Assembly: GCA_040756875.1 (NCBI GenBank)
Contig: JBFLYH010000001.1
Location: forward strand, 1,052,778-1,116,777
DNA: 64,000 bases
From: a candidate division FCPU426 bacterium
Lineage (GTDB): Bacteria; Oederibacteriota; JAAXVQ01; JAUVAV01
Direction: 5' to 3'
The notes beneath the pieces were generated by a model. That model did not search any database. It saw only the letters and a list, made by a program, of their open reading frames with translations, and had not been told where the DNA came from. A program made the position numbers and the translations under genes. Shown piece by piece: positions 32,501 to 33,008 of the stretch. Positions within the stretch are counted from its first letter, which is position 1, and every line of letters begins with the position of its first letter.

Positions 32501-32608
32501 GAGTGAAACAGTTCTGGTCGCGAGCCTGCGCTTCGGGTCAGTCCAAAAAGACAGAATCGACCACGAAAAGCCCGCTTCAAATTGTCGAGGAGTGTTTGCT
32601 GTCTTCAT
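2510..32608 (-). CDS. Giant (~10,032 aa) multidomain membrane-associated protein
   Basis: 30.1 kb without a stop codon, with many recognisable enzyme motifs in this frame. Start placed at ATG 32608 because ATG 32623 lies only 2 nt from the predicted -10 box. Confidence 0.93.
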   Translation of the reverse strand: MKTANTPRQFEAGFSWSILSFWTDPKRRLATRTVSLLLSLAFLMPALAWAFETQTYQTQPALIRYHDQPVEIPEKLATIAHAFQGEDRLVIHIQDLHCNYEVQKNIAACIEYLAKRHGLKLVAIEGASRPVNVTKLSTFPVEKVKQEVGDHFVRLGKISGAELAAAAGEQPVNLVGIEEAEHYREGRECVMSFLTHESQGYVWDIREVLDRLKPRVYTQALLGFDAETTAFRKGERSLYRYSRTLLDAANRQGLPLSEYPQLAAFAAGKGETAGPAFDPEILYQQLEALDARLRAGMYTHADQQSLDELIHRLDIMEKMLSIAVSSREFAEYRSQPYLFKVDTFQTFIRHHDPDGELTLEPAVYELENYLKKVEEFYANADVRSQDFVRNLLARMDREHASIAVLISGGYHTQHVLDLLRLRNLSYLSLKPKLSQVDVVNPYYSLLRKQRTPLEKLLAQNQNILALAPFFAEADDTQSVLDDAQLPEDLRIGYRLLDASLKLAYLQYARQQGASGLEALTARYAATLATYRSNSSGIAPDFSRALVTPNALAVPFSPGFFAVVGPVGLNRRLGPEPLQTLPLRQFEMTFYGQEQWTAVTAGLQGRDWFARLRSAVSVLAAWGQRMQTLLARVPARVRWTGFDYAGWLAIAVLLAVRAFSPETTLTGAAGEWWNWAFAAAIIPPVGPVERVSPDRDPNRDQQKKNRPDGQEEQPATDRLTISDEAGLIRQLLAPETRQQALEEFRNRRELQERVLAGLAGLISSGSDEARVQALETVAALGPLAVNAGIRQALLVAESAEPLQVPARRALEAVFSGPEVKRLDKPSAMGRLQITDARMLLTAPLSVAKTGQEQAQPPEAAETKLLVTGHPLDAEGRPIETETVELILTVRPLSDPELELANAGLAEARQARAARKDLDQTDRRVLASLLEQWDALKAARGTAPFQGLFAITRTEVVRGPQDFVIGGLGFPEAALLHAGLFSTRQPLAAALLHELGESLPDPAVDHRFLRGAGKTERLDLATVPSSEQAGFVGREFGLDAQDGLTEWLEAWKRGVWIVEHTFDSRATEDGILEYLAEAQRIARFYGVRAQMNLAASTPEQAEALEALGLSPQESAREQALPANHDAVLLRELSQAGEVQAPQAWQMYAEIAVTAAEPFTFSGKRTLTLQVKSKTFLRRMQSSAMPLTPEDVRQALVSGELRLAVWNLPLTFVHSVVAPDETQWFISASDLIQLQASWREARQAKPAEEQAGKEPEAQKPEAGRSAQAEEQARKREAEAREAEAARQFADDLRAVIGGETRRLNEHPLTQALRDQERVGRYNQQLNLLKDMRLQIQRVAKLMKRKPQAVPLRQTDYLPLVNEFQKILQSVPKAPKGMNPRQANDLLVRLQRLEDSVRQYLFGMAGYHHITFMSGGMVPDLELYQTVSNQILLHAALMSAANKRIMSRCLQYVESRDRTPRMYKSLAQHAPGAQERAAPVETVQAEMKAVREALEGMFGFYTRLRATAPSLYSTVGQQYAELAKAAQAIQAGEYTAAQLHETVYDFFVDLSSLVSYDFNFYWLEGHERPAEEYNGMIRSLIAASTRVFQAMGWGDVDVTDYFNTPADGEVLSTSAQRYKLRAHGRSLLDPDETGGAMGKFEITEATVLSPRAATFTQAEADLLQGIASTDETVLKVLSLPQIRVKAHPIDAQGQVDRSQELEFIVTLREPSAREMARIEQALQKLDGISASRARWFGQDKKVLAAMLAQARTLMQTTGQPVDLDQTFGGFYIMTRVEVRRGPPDAVFRGMAAAGTVLLDQGLFSQDGVFDAALAHELGESLGDPAVDHRFLRGAGKRERVAQLGNLTSEAVGFVGRLLGNDQQEALSRWLAATRPAARERENIPAEAILSPEERALLLGALAEFEEAAAEEIMRLTAQIRDLHHDIFPMLPALPEAAAGAFAEGVLNGSLTLNHLRQKFEFDLLAWAKPRLYSPAEARAFAFKGNLFEFMNTAPYRLDKSDALVASALRAAGRARPGAGLRFLEVGVSADPDALWLTAGNVRRQLDRESTAAPQVDFLGMDKNLPLAVVRGDREEVQAIFDSQGNIISLMTRSGRTVGASFIARWKSLAAEFRRRFKTLETYSRAQPGKGQAYALDRAEGIWNPWQNPKYLQAGLRLFQGDVMDFKLPTPVDVIRAANVAIHFSPEVWERARQQIAANLREGGFYIEVSNTIAGQNNFYRVFQKQQGELVPLTPQAAVAAGLPEADRYTPIPERVMDRLQAAQSGFLKVIRELLEFYGPGFPGLYLIGAWGRGELLTVDPEEPIRIGVTADELPAPEQLRQWEEQFGIQVERLHSGKHLEGVQIDEEDFASEGRSISGLILPAFTQRLYEDALAPNMFVVPEMTVQPGLIAGRAVVIDRLEVAIHSRAERLVFEYQPLRQGARQGYMLNYYGMGGKWDEWTGVPDIFVYALREPEVGGLLGLRGLLIEELTGLRDMNLLRPLLNLFFHLYPEVRQTHPKLENPMLQSMLIREFGFGPQKPLRPNAWIRMLPEADRTQKVRAQLFFVDPAARDLVGNAPLTIREQYAIVDRKTPEFEPLYLGETLVVKDQAKFNAAFAQAPVVVKEPYSGQGGIMPRVKEWYVNRGNPDEATRQARSSRYDRWVAFWLENSLTLAFAGFLVGLPVVAATGDISLALRATMLAAWPAFLGGHFIADSQGRRAPPLNLALAGLLSLLNIGLCLSGLSLPLLLGAGVLSHFIVNQAVPRVMAFHWRWPRLSLSTGWLATAFLLALSLTTALSQPLAALAGVSREARPNIYYSEPVAPTEARIQKINLVRQRGYYYKPLDPEQRALDGRLPSVVEAEKTAVPSEGTLTVTELVRARLSGNAGRRSGAPSEIYFTGFFNAINDAGAFSKEGSLNLVSRGQPTGERVQVDVLFPNLESGLRINAPVTVNGRIHYVAGPDEKVSIGSDGKIVSRQADNLEYSLDYEIEKMSENGDLQGSFPVTPRLEREFADIPDVIRGQLDDVKRWTGFRNDRNQPLSNEQWKAQAAMRAIVDYFAYYERQIYALNQGTWGSFVNGELEQGRRFLCDCEALAMNAFIYLRYLGLDAVFAMGLSNVDGNSLLTENEAHGVLLVKVDGEWLIFDPTRFVPYLQLDTPVSLQPRPETVVQGEPETKVQPTRFAGKYFEMPAEADVQAAEKAMQGRFAAGGIMPRVKEWYVNRGNPDEATRQARSSRYDRWVAFWLENSLVLAGAGLLLGVPLYWATGDIALAARASYLLAWPAFLGLHFIADSAGRRAPALNLALAALIAVLNLGLLAVSSSLPVVLASAFLVHFAVNRFAPLAMSQFGTSRKPAVRVEDQSAPPVLDPKRSQRAQWINLRLLPVGTLVHYYIGGGNWRYTLRVEPDERVSIWLRDDAGRISAPASAVGNLGPEAEAGIRGLIDENASAAMPFFLQTPVGEGPRRLVGIDYDGYAEVPLNLTVQLPRGQSDFPEGSARVFTAEELAARTLASRLDQIGGYLADLYEHAVFGRLPGLSPEMSAGFVEAARSESAQLAGKLGLPLSALEEAVQRGRERLTGRESGEETKTFFANLIRERLAAPGLATAQGPVVGAMGMTTDQAWQDRVLAQTPAGLDPNAPVRLRGLVADVDLTLTDTPVAPLTRQALDQIVRALKAGIPVLLISGSPGRAAQTSKIFRSNDPRDFVERTEIRDQDSLELRIIRQLRTELGKTGDLAALANLEIQANTGRETFTFDAQGTTRFERRQGPVVKPAAQISLGKALALSYLRLLGRQQGLDLENELAAIEASNDFLEIKDRFQAVVKGRTTAFFQPYDYEVNLSSHDTIVEGRDVLAGAQALLGKWGLADQFPEFMAGASTDYAKFSLARKRDHVRTWAANLPAAGALLLLGDSVIDDFLTDAGLPGLRFPIFLGPAKDVTGQPGVIVARDDQGRDRAGFRAAGLALKNFLDAHEQGTPYRRLAFYDGRVSLDSLLQEGAVDRALVARLETAGPTEGAPVQRVQYGEPEWQTGEDVPRTVTVDNPRQPGSRLALHFRERILVEGHYEFLYSTQLPEGSLAVGFELAGDHLRLLNIEATEPVEGQGWGLAVSRWLQGLARELYPDNPMPLVFDSVRNPAMLGIALELFQAGTMEMQEPDQQAWNRLDDPRVDLYNSFGPLRRQYIAGEIKIRRADGRYEVVSQPAGLDVALAGVKLEIRDRGTGTRETRFRFSTDFNLRGRALDLPQQAEGLANAFARQRPAAVLSTAEATWQQAQGLEVETKVFNYRDDQLVRDLLRDLRAAHARHGYAILEEGGRPMPFEERLDLYHGRRFQAGAVVVTAFRNQDTKPEEYIVVIQNQQGEVIGHALIARDNERSRTGIIGIRIYPPFLRQGYGRQVLLLVMKAMTIPGLLYQETNIERISFQQGPGAEGTEEWKETKQFLVKSGFQETPSGRILRYEIPGRVAQQALFALGAVAMFAGLAVDLVLWAAGLQGGLGWGTGLTTLLVPYFAWRLPLVLGLFKSADRAYGLQDLREDLRKLQGVRLKVPLPGRWLPWVSGQTEEVPADLQSLRIHSLKISPWRLLLFFGPAAFYSPGANALAFHANLLSLPEARRLRVVAHEVDHYLVAQAPAGRRAWWRQVPGLSWLAGEWQALAAEQAGRKAAQLPGENSVQELRPLDRAYARSKQQALLDLHNRDPHLPVMHPQDLDAEVVNGVRWFNRWNRSYVIENAAGEPVAMLIAYERPASVLANIDTPTLYIKALVVDEAYRRLGLGRKLMLQAMADFKAQGFAAYPQEKTRNISLVTSEIQEAAVNLYNGLGFRQVGTRGNAMVLLCQTEKVDVAAEQARAPEAEARPADDSDRVDVGALLARTEGTPAHELLQVLELESARVLETRTDETTRLTVQRILAPVRAKPSEPPQGIDVLHNELGPTREFELLYNRQGQLLAVFPVVSGQLLAEFPNRDTHPLNYFDFSAFNFALPAWDDREFKQHWLDQAGQWQADQQAIRQYLESRGLAEIVTKVPDLGHKPFVFAQFVEEMGLFMPWFMEFDFADVLRTQGGILDRFYDARPEVKRVLFPVFPTVYSPALGEGETGLGQNFLADYMYLRSIYIAGKNEKLAQDDKILVVGPGSGIDAWIAWLGAGLPVYAVGINPFEVANSRYLAKAAGFPLIAKVHDNIMSRDGQWAFAGEQFALIFSNAPFVKRMSEEEKGFYAQIAREFLAGVSGTLEEIAQWVRQVLVNNGQLRPKRLAGYADGDNGEFIRQLTLGTGESLVPDRGRLIVWNRGDAAGLIYAEAEANGLEVLDTINPDDEENEVHIISRPQTAKTPAAGRGAKQPMPVLGLAAVFAGLAVDLVLWAAGLQGGLGWGTGLTTLLVPYFAWRLPLVLGLFKPADRAYGLQDLREDLRKLQGVRLKVPLPAAWLPWIRGANENVPPELRNLRIETLRLSPWRLLLFFGPAAFYSPGADVLALHANLLSLPEARRLQVVAHELDHYLAAQAPAGRRAGWRQLPGLSWLAEEARALGAELARLPWPQITVQSPVRFVQPAGTTDLIPLLQAPFLMSKSNKSRGGQMTAEEKRQKNQQYEARMFRRALADGQVFVELAGAGEDDSRPNVLEAYEDIRQGRLTWREADGQVVVTPRKISLEEYLNQLDEARVEWAERLWQQTQATGDYMLPLVGAREGALRLNREEAYLAVASGRLTIETQEGRDLPALVAGSAEDYLENIRQARAGAAEQFQRLFDENERAMGLMLSDEELEAAPAHAYLGHPNTQEAERGLREGWLRYTVYPDGGVWLRLTGIRAADYFRVLEAGRQKIQDEFEDQLPGETLYVDLESDTGLDVFEGFNRPNVEEVREGIMQGKLGWRHNPKTNALQMYVVDMGTPEYMAEVTAARNRAADDYALSLKPGQIYMERSQAQKQIPDEVWPTVEDVDQYVREGRLIYRERDGVKQVGIVGRPAEPIFALIQRSRKEREQSLVEPLPETGVVYIDLVDAQGRVVDTPAQPNLFETIRHIRAGRLVPVFADGRYGVRVVGQDPAAYAEELDRTRKASADAFLKLFLESPLEDIRNGSIRGSVSEDPEFVRAAIAPFGFASHRIESYQAIRDGRMVWSYENKVLARHVVGLKIVDFVENLIGARQDAADALLAWALQNGVDTIEVADIVTRGVQPQAAKPSAKKGKDKKPKVSKSERERLQQIRQAERLTLFEAYRSIMSGLVVPVRRNNNQMALEPADLSRRELIQAVRNGRNQPTMQAIEAFLASSATVSIGGVELTRPEIIGGLAMHALQVLPGTNQVRLGLGYTQSDYLRNLLAERRLRQAQASDLQEMSRSFGAFLQKRFTGRASLAFADLGAGARAEFGRNLRQLVQQLGFGVSTGVSVEQGIMDRAAPEELRVQYADIHSPQDLAAVGLHPQAQELVTLNNIDNNDLIAPALGLVKPGGLLVITHAYTEEQDFIANTRRRLEQLAAADPDLNWVEADLPADYPASNLESATPMASMPKMFIVERKARAPEGEAPRQPLGVLGLAGIAAGVVVDLLLWASGLQTGLGWGTGLAVALLPHFAWRLPLVLGLFKPADRAYDMQDLRRDMRSLLDVRFKVPLAADWLPWVNGETEAIPESLRLLRIESLKISPWRLLLLFGPAAYYSPSDRALAFHANLRSLPESRRLQVVAHELHHYLADRTSAGLIAWWQRLPGLAWLAEEARALFAEWGRFRTGAAEIPVDYNAAIASAFQAGEPRQVLDRLAEAWERGLANLDFRTLLMARSSLQQAVVKFRGIKPEQAARLLRVMPLLPKDPTLAGELEKITRAGLEFLAVDGRQDLITGLLSDQTAEPAQKIRWLNLLLADPDQYDAASVILGWFRNARRQGMIGRNAAFASASTAAGLVPALLRTLGKKLKLNLYETASARALQGLVRALSLQPEDVVIGVNEEREPGMAGLAAREFPQWAREPQSVENRSAVGLTFRDNQFAAAPFEKNDVSCVAVNYAPLKYGVPEQVPEAAAARLRLDLNLSGRPLIVLGSPSRHELDAFMAEYRALYAGLPIAERPVVVVGLRRDDIDYPQTPLDVLQGQAGEVRRADGEAYPDLSGKNILLVESVGEMNAFYAAADVVVMGNDRNLLEPAAQGKPVLYFGSHWEYNREAWQGLEAAGGARMFDRGLLQALLADPAAARKMGGLSRGFFDAFLREQIPRGAEAGALRIVSSLLLQAEASPADALRQQALAARVLVLQVNAPWLPAWLARAYARVAERFSPWAGRYDVQRGSRDGYDTLIFRDLAHDSSFEIVPGFAAKIASFTVAGREILHFDKVPSSGGIEVMYPYIDQVAGNQFMFNGRLIDLGDKALTDAGLTKKNAQGTVYHGLVRRQPFHVDKISVNAKGLSVRVRFDNRSHPEILKRFGPGRLALTYRLSGPELFNRIQVDNATVFTTGSHPWFKRGEGKWFLQVPAERLLPTRDMLPTGPPRTVDRSSMDLRAFQASDRSRHGVLLDLQAEPEGQVVSRAYNETEGLMIEVAQSANMPFVVVWDKETGFFALEPVTSPPGALNDTDGHLGLNPVTSRLFNAEVAYRVSFQRDEAGRPLTLAQLEAERGVPATAADQIQLAGDRVRLTSRGRTVELRQQRSLVTEIGVGLIRPQTPAKEFAELLAYRMPIADGYAGSGLRGVLIARDLRGMGLLRPLLTLFFNQFPRLRQTHPAMKNLILHEVLMREYGFGPSVPSEPTAWVKFKAGAGEAAVLQVYFPDQADRAAFESAAPEEMQEQYEYVAARDDGFSPVYLGQSLVVKDEERFAAAIARVPVTGAEEELWQEAERVLAWTGKPAITRNQRLAVRAQAAWAWVLHYLGGNLDTLALLVLAGAAVAQWLSGHNASESMLAMGMVLGLGQIAAQDDMKIFKGQGGWALPSLEGRTLQIAAGSWNRLSSLSLPREAAGRLAQAASWRESELADVSHEFVQLSPAVLTAFQSALDQARGRLLQTGRFSPEELNVELIITSGDFASAGVKELQTGAKPRIYLDWRVFQNQDWLDVSLARELGKLQLSRLMPQTPAAHLELFALLWINLRGFEDLVRFDRQRAGRLLADIKSWAAPDQGLAPYYQRILEGEDYKDPMDKLADVSKLLEQGVLYSSQVSKTLLQPTLDASGSWAKLFLTTSIGPLAMVWREAPGLVAESAWKPLAGLLDKGVPPALQDLAPYAYQIQYVEEDSRLFLRLRMGQSEAGYDRFAYLLLAPRDDPAKVLSEYGTLGGIHYQEWRQQASHLFSEPREGYAAERGAHWQRLIRMPITKLIRTLNDYNLRHGKREITEELTRHFRTLFRDMGLDAGRMSNRTWLSLRNQLPRQNKPYLYRLIQREYLNYYMDMLYPLHLLGTIDVRSQTVGDLPLWVVSEQPQLAPGLLDWMFSPDMRGPPAFYQLAEKITWNDVVRQLAAQDQIQKQAAQARESRQLTLPFATQGESPQALDDWLPFLHVLGLDATQGIISADSQRQTWQVPGDQIALLERIVHLQLRGGQVRLHLLRPQGRPLALVIEAEGSPENYIGVMTEMAEDPADAFAAVQPQVDALLARLGAKPVKPFALAEWSEVPALGRRVPTYASVFTALGPSSTSLIESVDVKPGERICEMGCGMGVVSVLAAQRGAAEVVAVDFNPMAVANANDVARRLGVADRVKAWVGDFFSLLSGKPLGLFDQIYFNPPMIDQPAESMAQQAFKDPGLQVIAEFLRQAKNHLKPNGQIVLPYLIRSPRFFQLLYEQGYRIRAVGKESENIAGIVEAAVFVLEVRPMEQTAVKAMAADFFDPRQHRLARLGAAQALGTQGLEGLQVIMRRLEEEPSTPLRSQLYRTLGNLYTAFPAENQAVRGAVKRLIIGGLNDYHPAVRQAASDALGMATAADQADAARARAPEEGEKDQGKRFDLAANVLAFSGWGLAAGLGLALLAPLTGAWFAQAWLGLFGFGTLLYGSRALPGVANWLFAHFVHQSLPANTLTDNHMLMRLIRLSFDVPVDFSAIDRVSRRFAETLDRRVFIARWLVQDIDWTQGENRAERAYLAVLQAVNWALRLTILLNVQAQEHMRLDGWRGRSIYLNPVLPLVYFLRELGRPLAVFWFALRVGRSRAWRTLYSRGELKALTPGLQRMLDDFRASNLPLFIATGSAEGRTWRELKQRGLESHFTGRIFGARFPKTDTLRRAHAVSADPGVVVMIGDGGLDMSAAKMVPGTVAIGRAPDLEQTELATYGADHLISDYNAFEWSPRENTLRFYDAKTNQRISIRNVKAVVFDYDGTMLDNQQELARALGELVPELDGIKAGTQDHKRLSRFGAGLLEEINGMSMVEVVHYLYFRLRGFRRNAIRESPKRIFHSGWSASEPSAGRQTAPLPLNPVELTQEVKAGEQRLLPGDHVQLMWRMDTANATVLSAVGEDAYLLQIVGPQETDYVIMKRDPLKAALVYVGRTESLEARLVGGTLNLDYLRHIARLVNPEDQRRQRKRVLAVRPLADLATLLNATQAEDLMLVDDLPWQPAGKPLSRAALDSNQTYYLRFKQVHGKILGLPRTVLTRTGIWPFLNLELNLLGATHISEPVQSRTDPRQFTVHFEWGGKIRRLTYLQVADLEDTETYADALDRRGPFDFLLLKVGQYQTQELGNPALKLGRLAGVMVRQFLKRNGFVIADRWESLPAEPIRNTYLKQLHPGEPGLTALESVGARFSLRLRGWPESQPGALIFRQVRYSSAEGGRLTPRLARRLSAAEALVNQPLLNRPFRVFQRWRTPRLLWLILLQTGRWVVGRLAPMTVSDAGLAEERLDLLKRRYFPRDDVESASFRPHQLATEQLEETAAWTERLLGRYEALAGQTARLDLSGSLLADLGAPAAAGRWARLRSALAAETARQILRYRSAEFYRQHAAAAWTETVANAFYRLSSVQPSWLARFSQRLLMTRAPELYLRLVQADAKRRQPEAAAAAELAAAWASADDPLGAAYLAFAREPGAGQEAALALALLEWLQAVPDPGQRLAEWTYASALLSRLAALRSAPVAALGTGRDQRLLLPGVLLRRASWTGRVRKLLEPWPFLAPLDLEKPLRRPRLRYSPGQAA
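12583..13142 (-). repeat. Internal repeat D copy 3 (TM hairpin + HExxH zincin)
   Basis: VDLLLWASGLQTGLGWGTG...RLQVVAHELHHYL...WLAEE; HELHH at 12680-12694. Confidence 0.9.
13760..15900 (-). repeat. About 9 degenerate tandem ~65-80 aa repeats within the giant protein
   Basis: Recurrent PNxxEaxxxIxxGxL followed by (E/D)YxxxLxxAR (RPNVLEAYEDIRQGRL, HPNTQEAERGLREGWL, RPNVEEVREGIMQGKL, QPNLFETIRHIRAGRL...). Confidence 0.8.
16120..16680 (-). repeat. Internal repeat D copy 2 (TM hairpin + HExxH zincin)
   Basis: Near-identical DNA to copy 1 over long stretches; HELDH at 16217-16231. Confidence 0.9.
18725..19289 (-). repeat. Internal repeat D copy 1 (TM hairpin + HExxH zincin)
   Basis: AGLAVDLVLWAAGLQGGLGWGTG...HEVDH (18824-18838)...WLAGE. 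Confidence 0.9.
22660..23056 (-). repeat. Internal repeat C copy 2 (multi-TM module)
   Basis: GGIMPRVKEWYVNRGNPDEATRQARSSRYDRWVAFWLENSL is identical in protein to copy 1; DNA 22940-23023 matches 24674-24757. Confidence 0.9.
24400..24790 (-). repeat. Internal repeat C copy 1 (multi-TM module)
   Basis: Same 41-aa core as copy 2, followed by about 4 hydrophobic helices with AWPAFLGxHFIADSxGRRAP. Confidence 0.9.
27005..27715 (-). repeat. Internal repeat A copy 2 (HELGE domain)
   Basis: AMGKFEITEA...HPIDAQG...HELGESLGDPAVDHRFLRGAGK. Confidence 0.85.
29460..30135 (-). repeat. Internal repeat A copy 1 (HELGE domain)
   Basis: AMGRLQITDA...HPLDAEG...HELGESLPDPAVDHRFLRGAGK. Confidence 0.85.
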
Positions 32609-32625
32609 ATAATGGAATTGCATTC

Positions 32626-32654
32626 AATATATCACATTTTTCTTCTCCTGGCAA
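32626..32654 (-). promoter_or_regulatory. Sigma70-type promoter of the giant gene
   Basis: TTGCCA-17 nt-TATATT with extended TG, in an AT-rich intergenic region. Confidence 0.65.
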
Positions 32655-32805
32655 ATAGGCAATCTAATAATACAGCTTATTTTAAAAGATTTTAATTAGT
32701 TTGTTTCAATTTGATACGATACTGGCGGGTTATTTAGCCTTTAAAATTAAGGATCTGCAGGGTGTTGGCCAAACACCCTGCAGATTGCCTGCTAAACCAT
32801 TATCT

Positions 32806-32985
32806 TTATTGGCCCAAACCCAAGGCCATAATGATGCCGTTTATTCCATGCATGAGCGCCAGGAGCAAAATGACCCAACCAAGTATGATATGCACTTTCC
32901 GGTCGGCTTTAATGATCCTGTGCCCGAGCAGGATATTCAACGCCAGCAAAACAAAGAGCGTGATACCGCTGAAAACCATAATCAT
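32806..32985 (-). CDS. Small 2-TM membrane protein with His residues
   Basis: GGAGGTGA RBS before ATG 32985; 59 aa hydrophobic, RKVH...LMHG; directly downstream of recG. Confidence 0.65.
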   Translation of the reverse strand: MIMVFSGITLFVLLALNILLGHRIIKADRKVHIILGWVILLLALMHGINGIIMALGLGQ

Positions 32986-33008
32986 GGTCTCACCTCCTTC
33001 CGGAAACA

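Noticed and set aside
2510-32608. NRPS/PKS, RTX/MARTX, Rhs or adhesin identity for the giant ORF
   Set aside because: No A/C/KS/carrier motifs, GGxGxD, YD or Ig-like repeats seen
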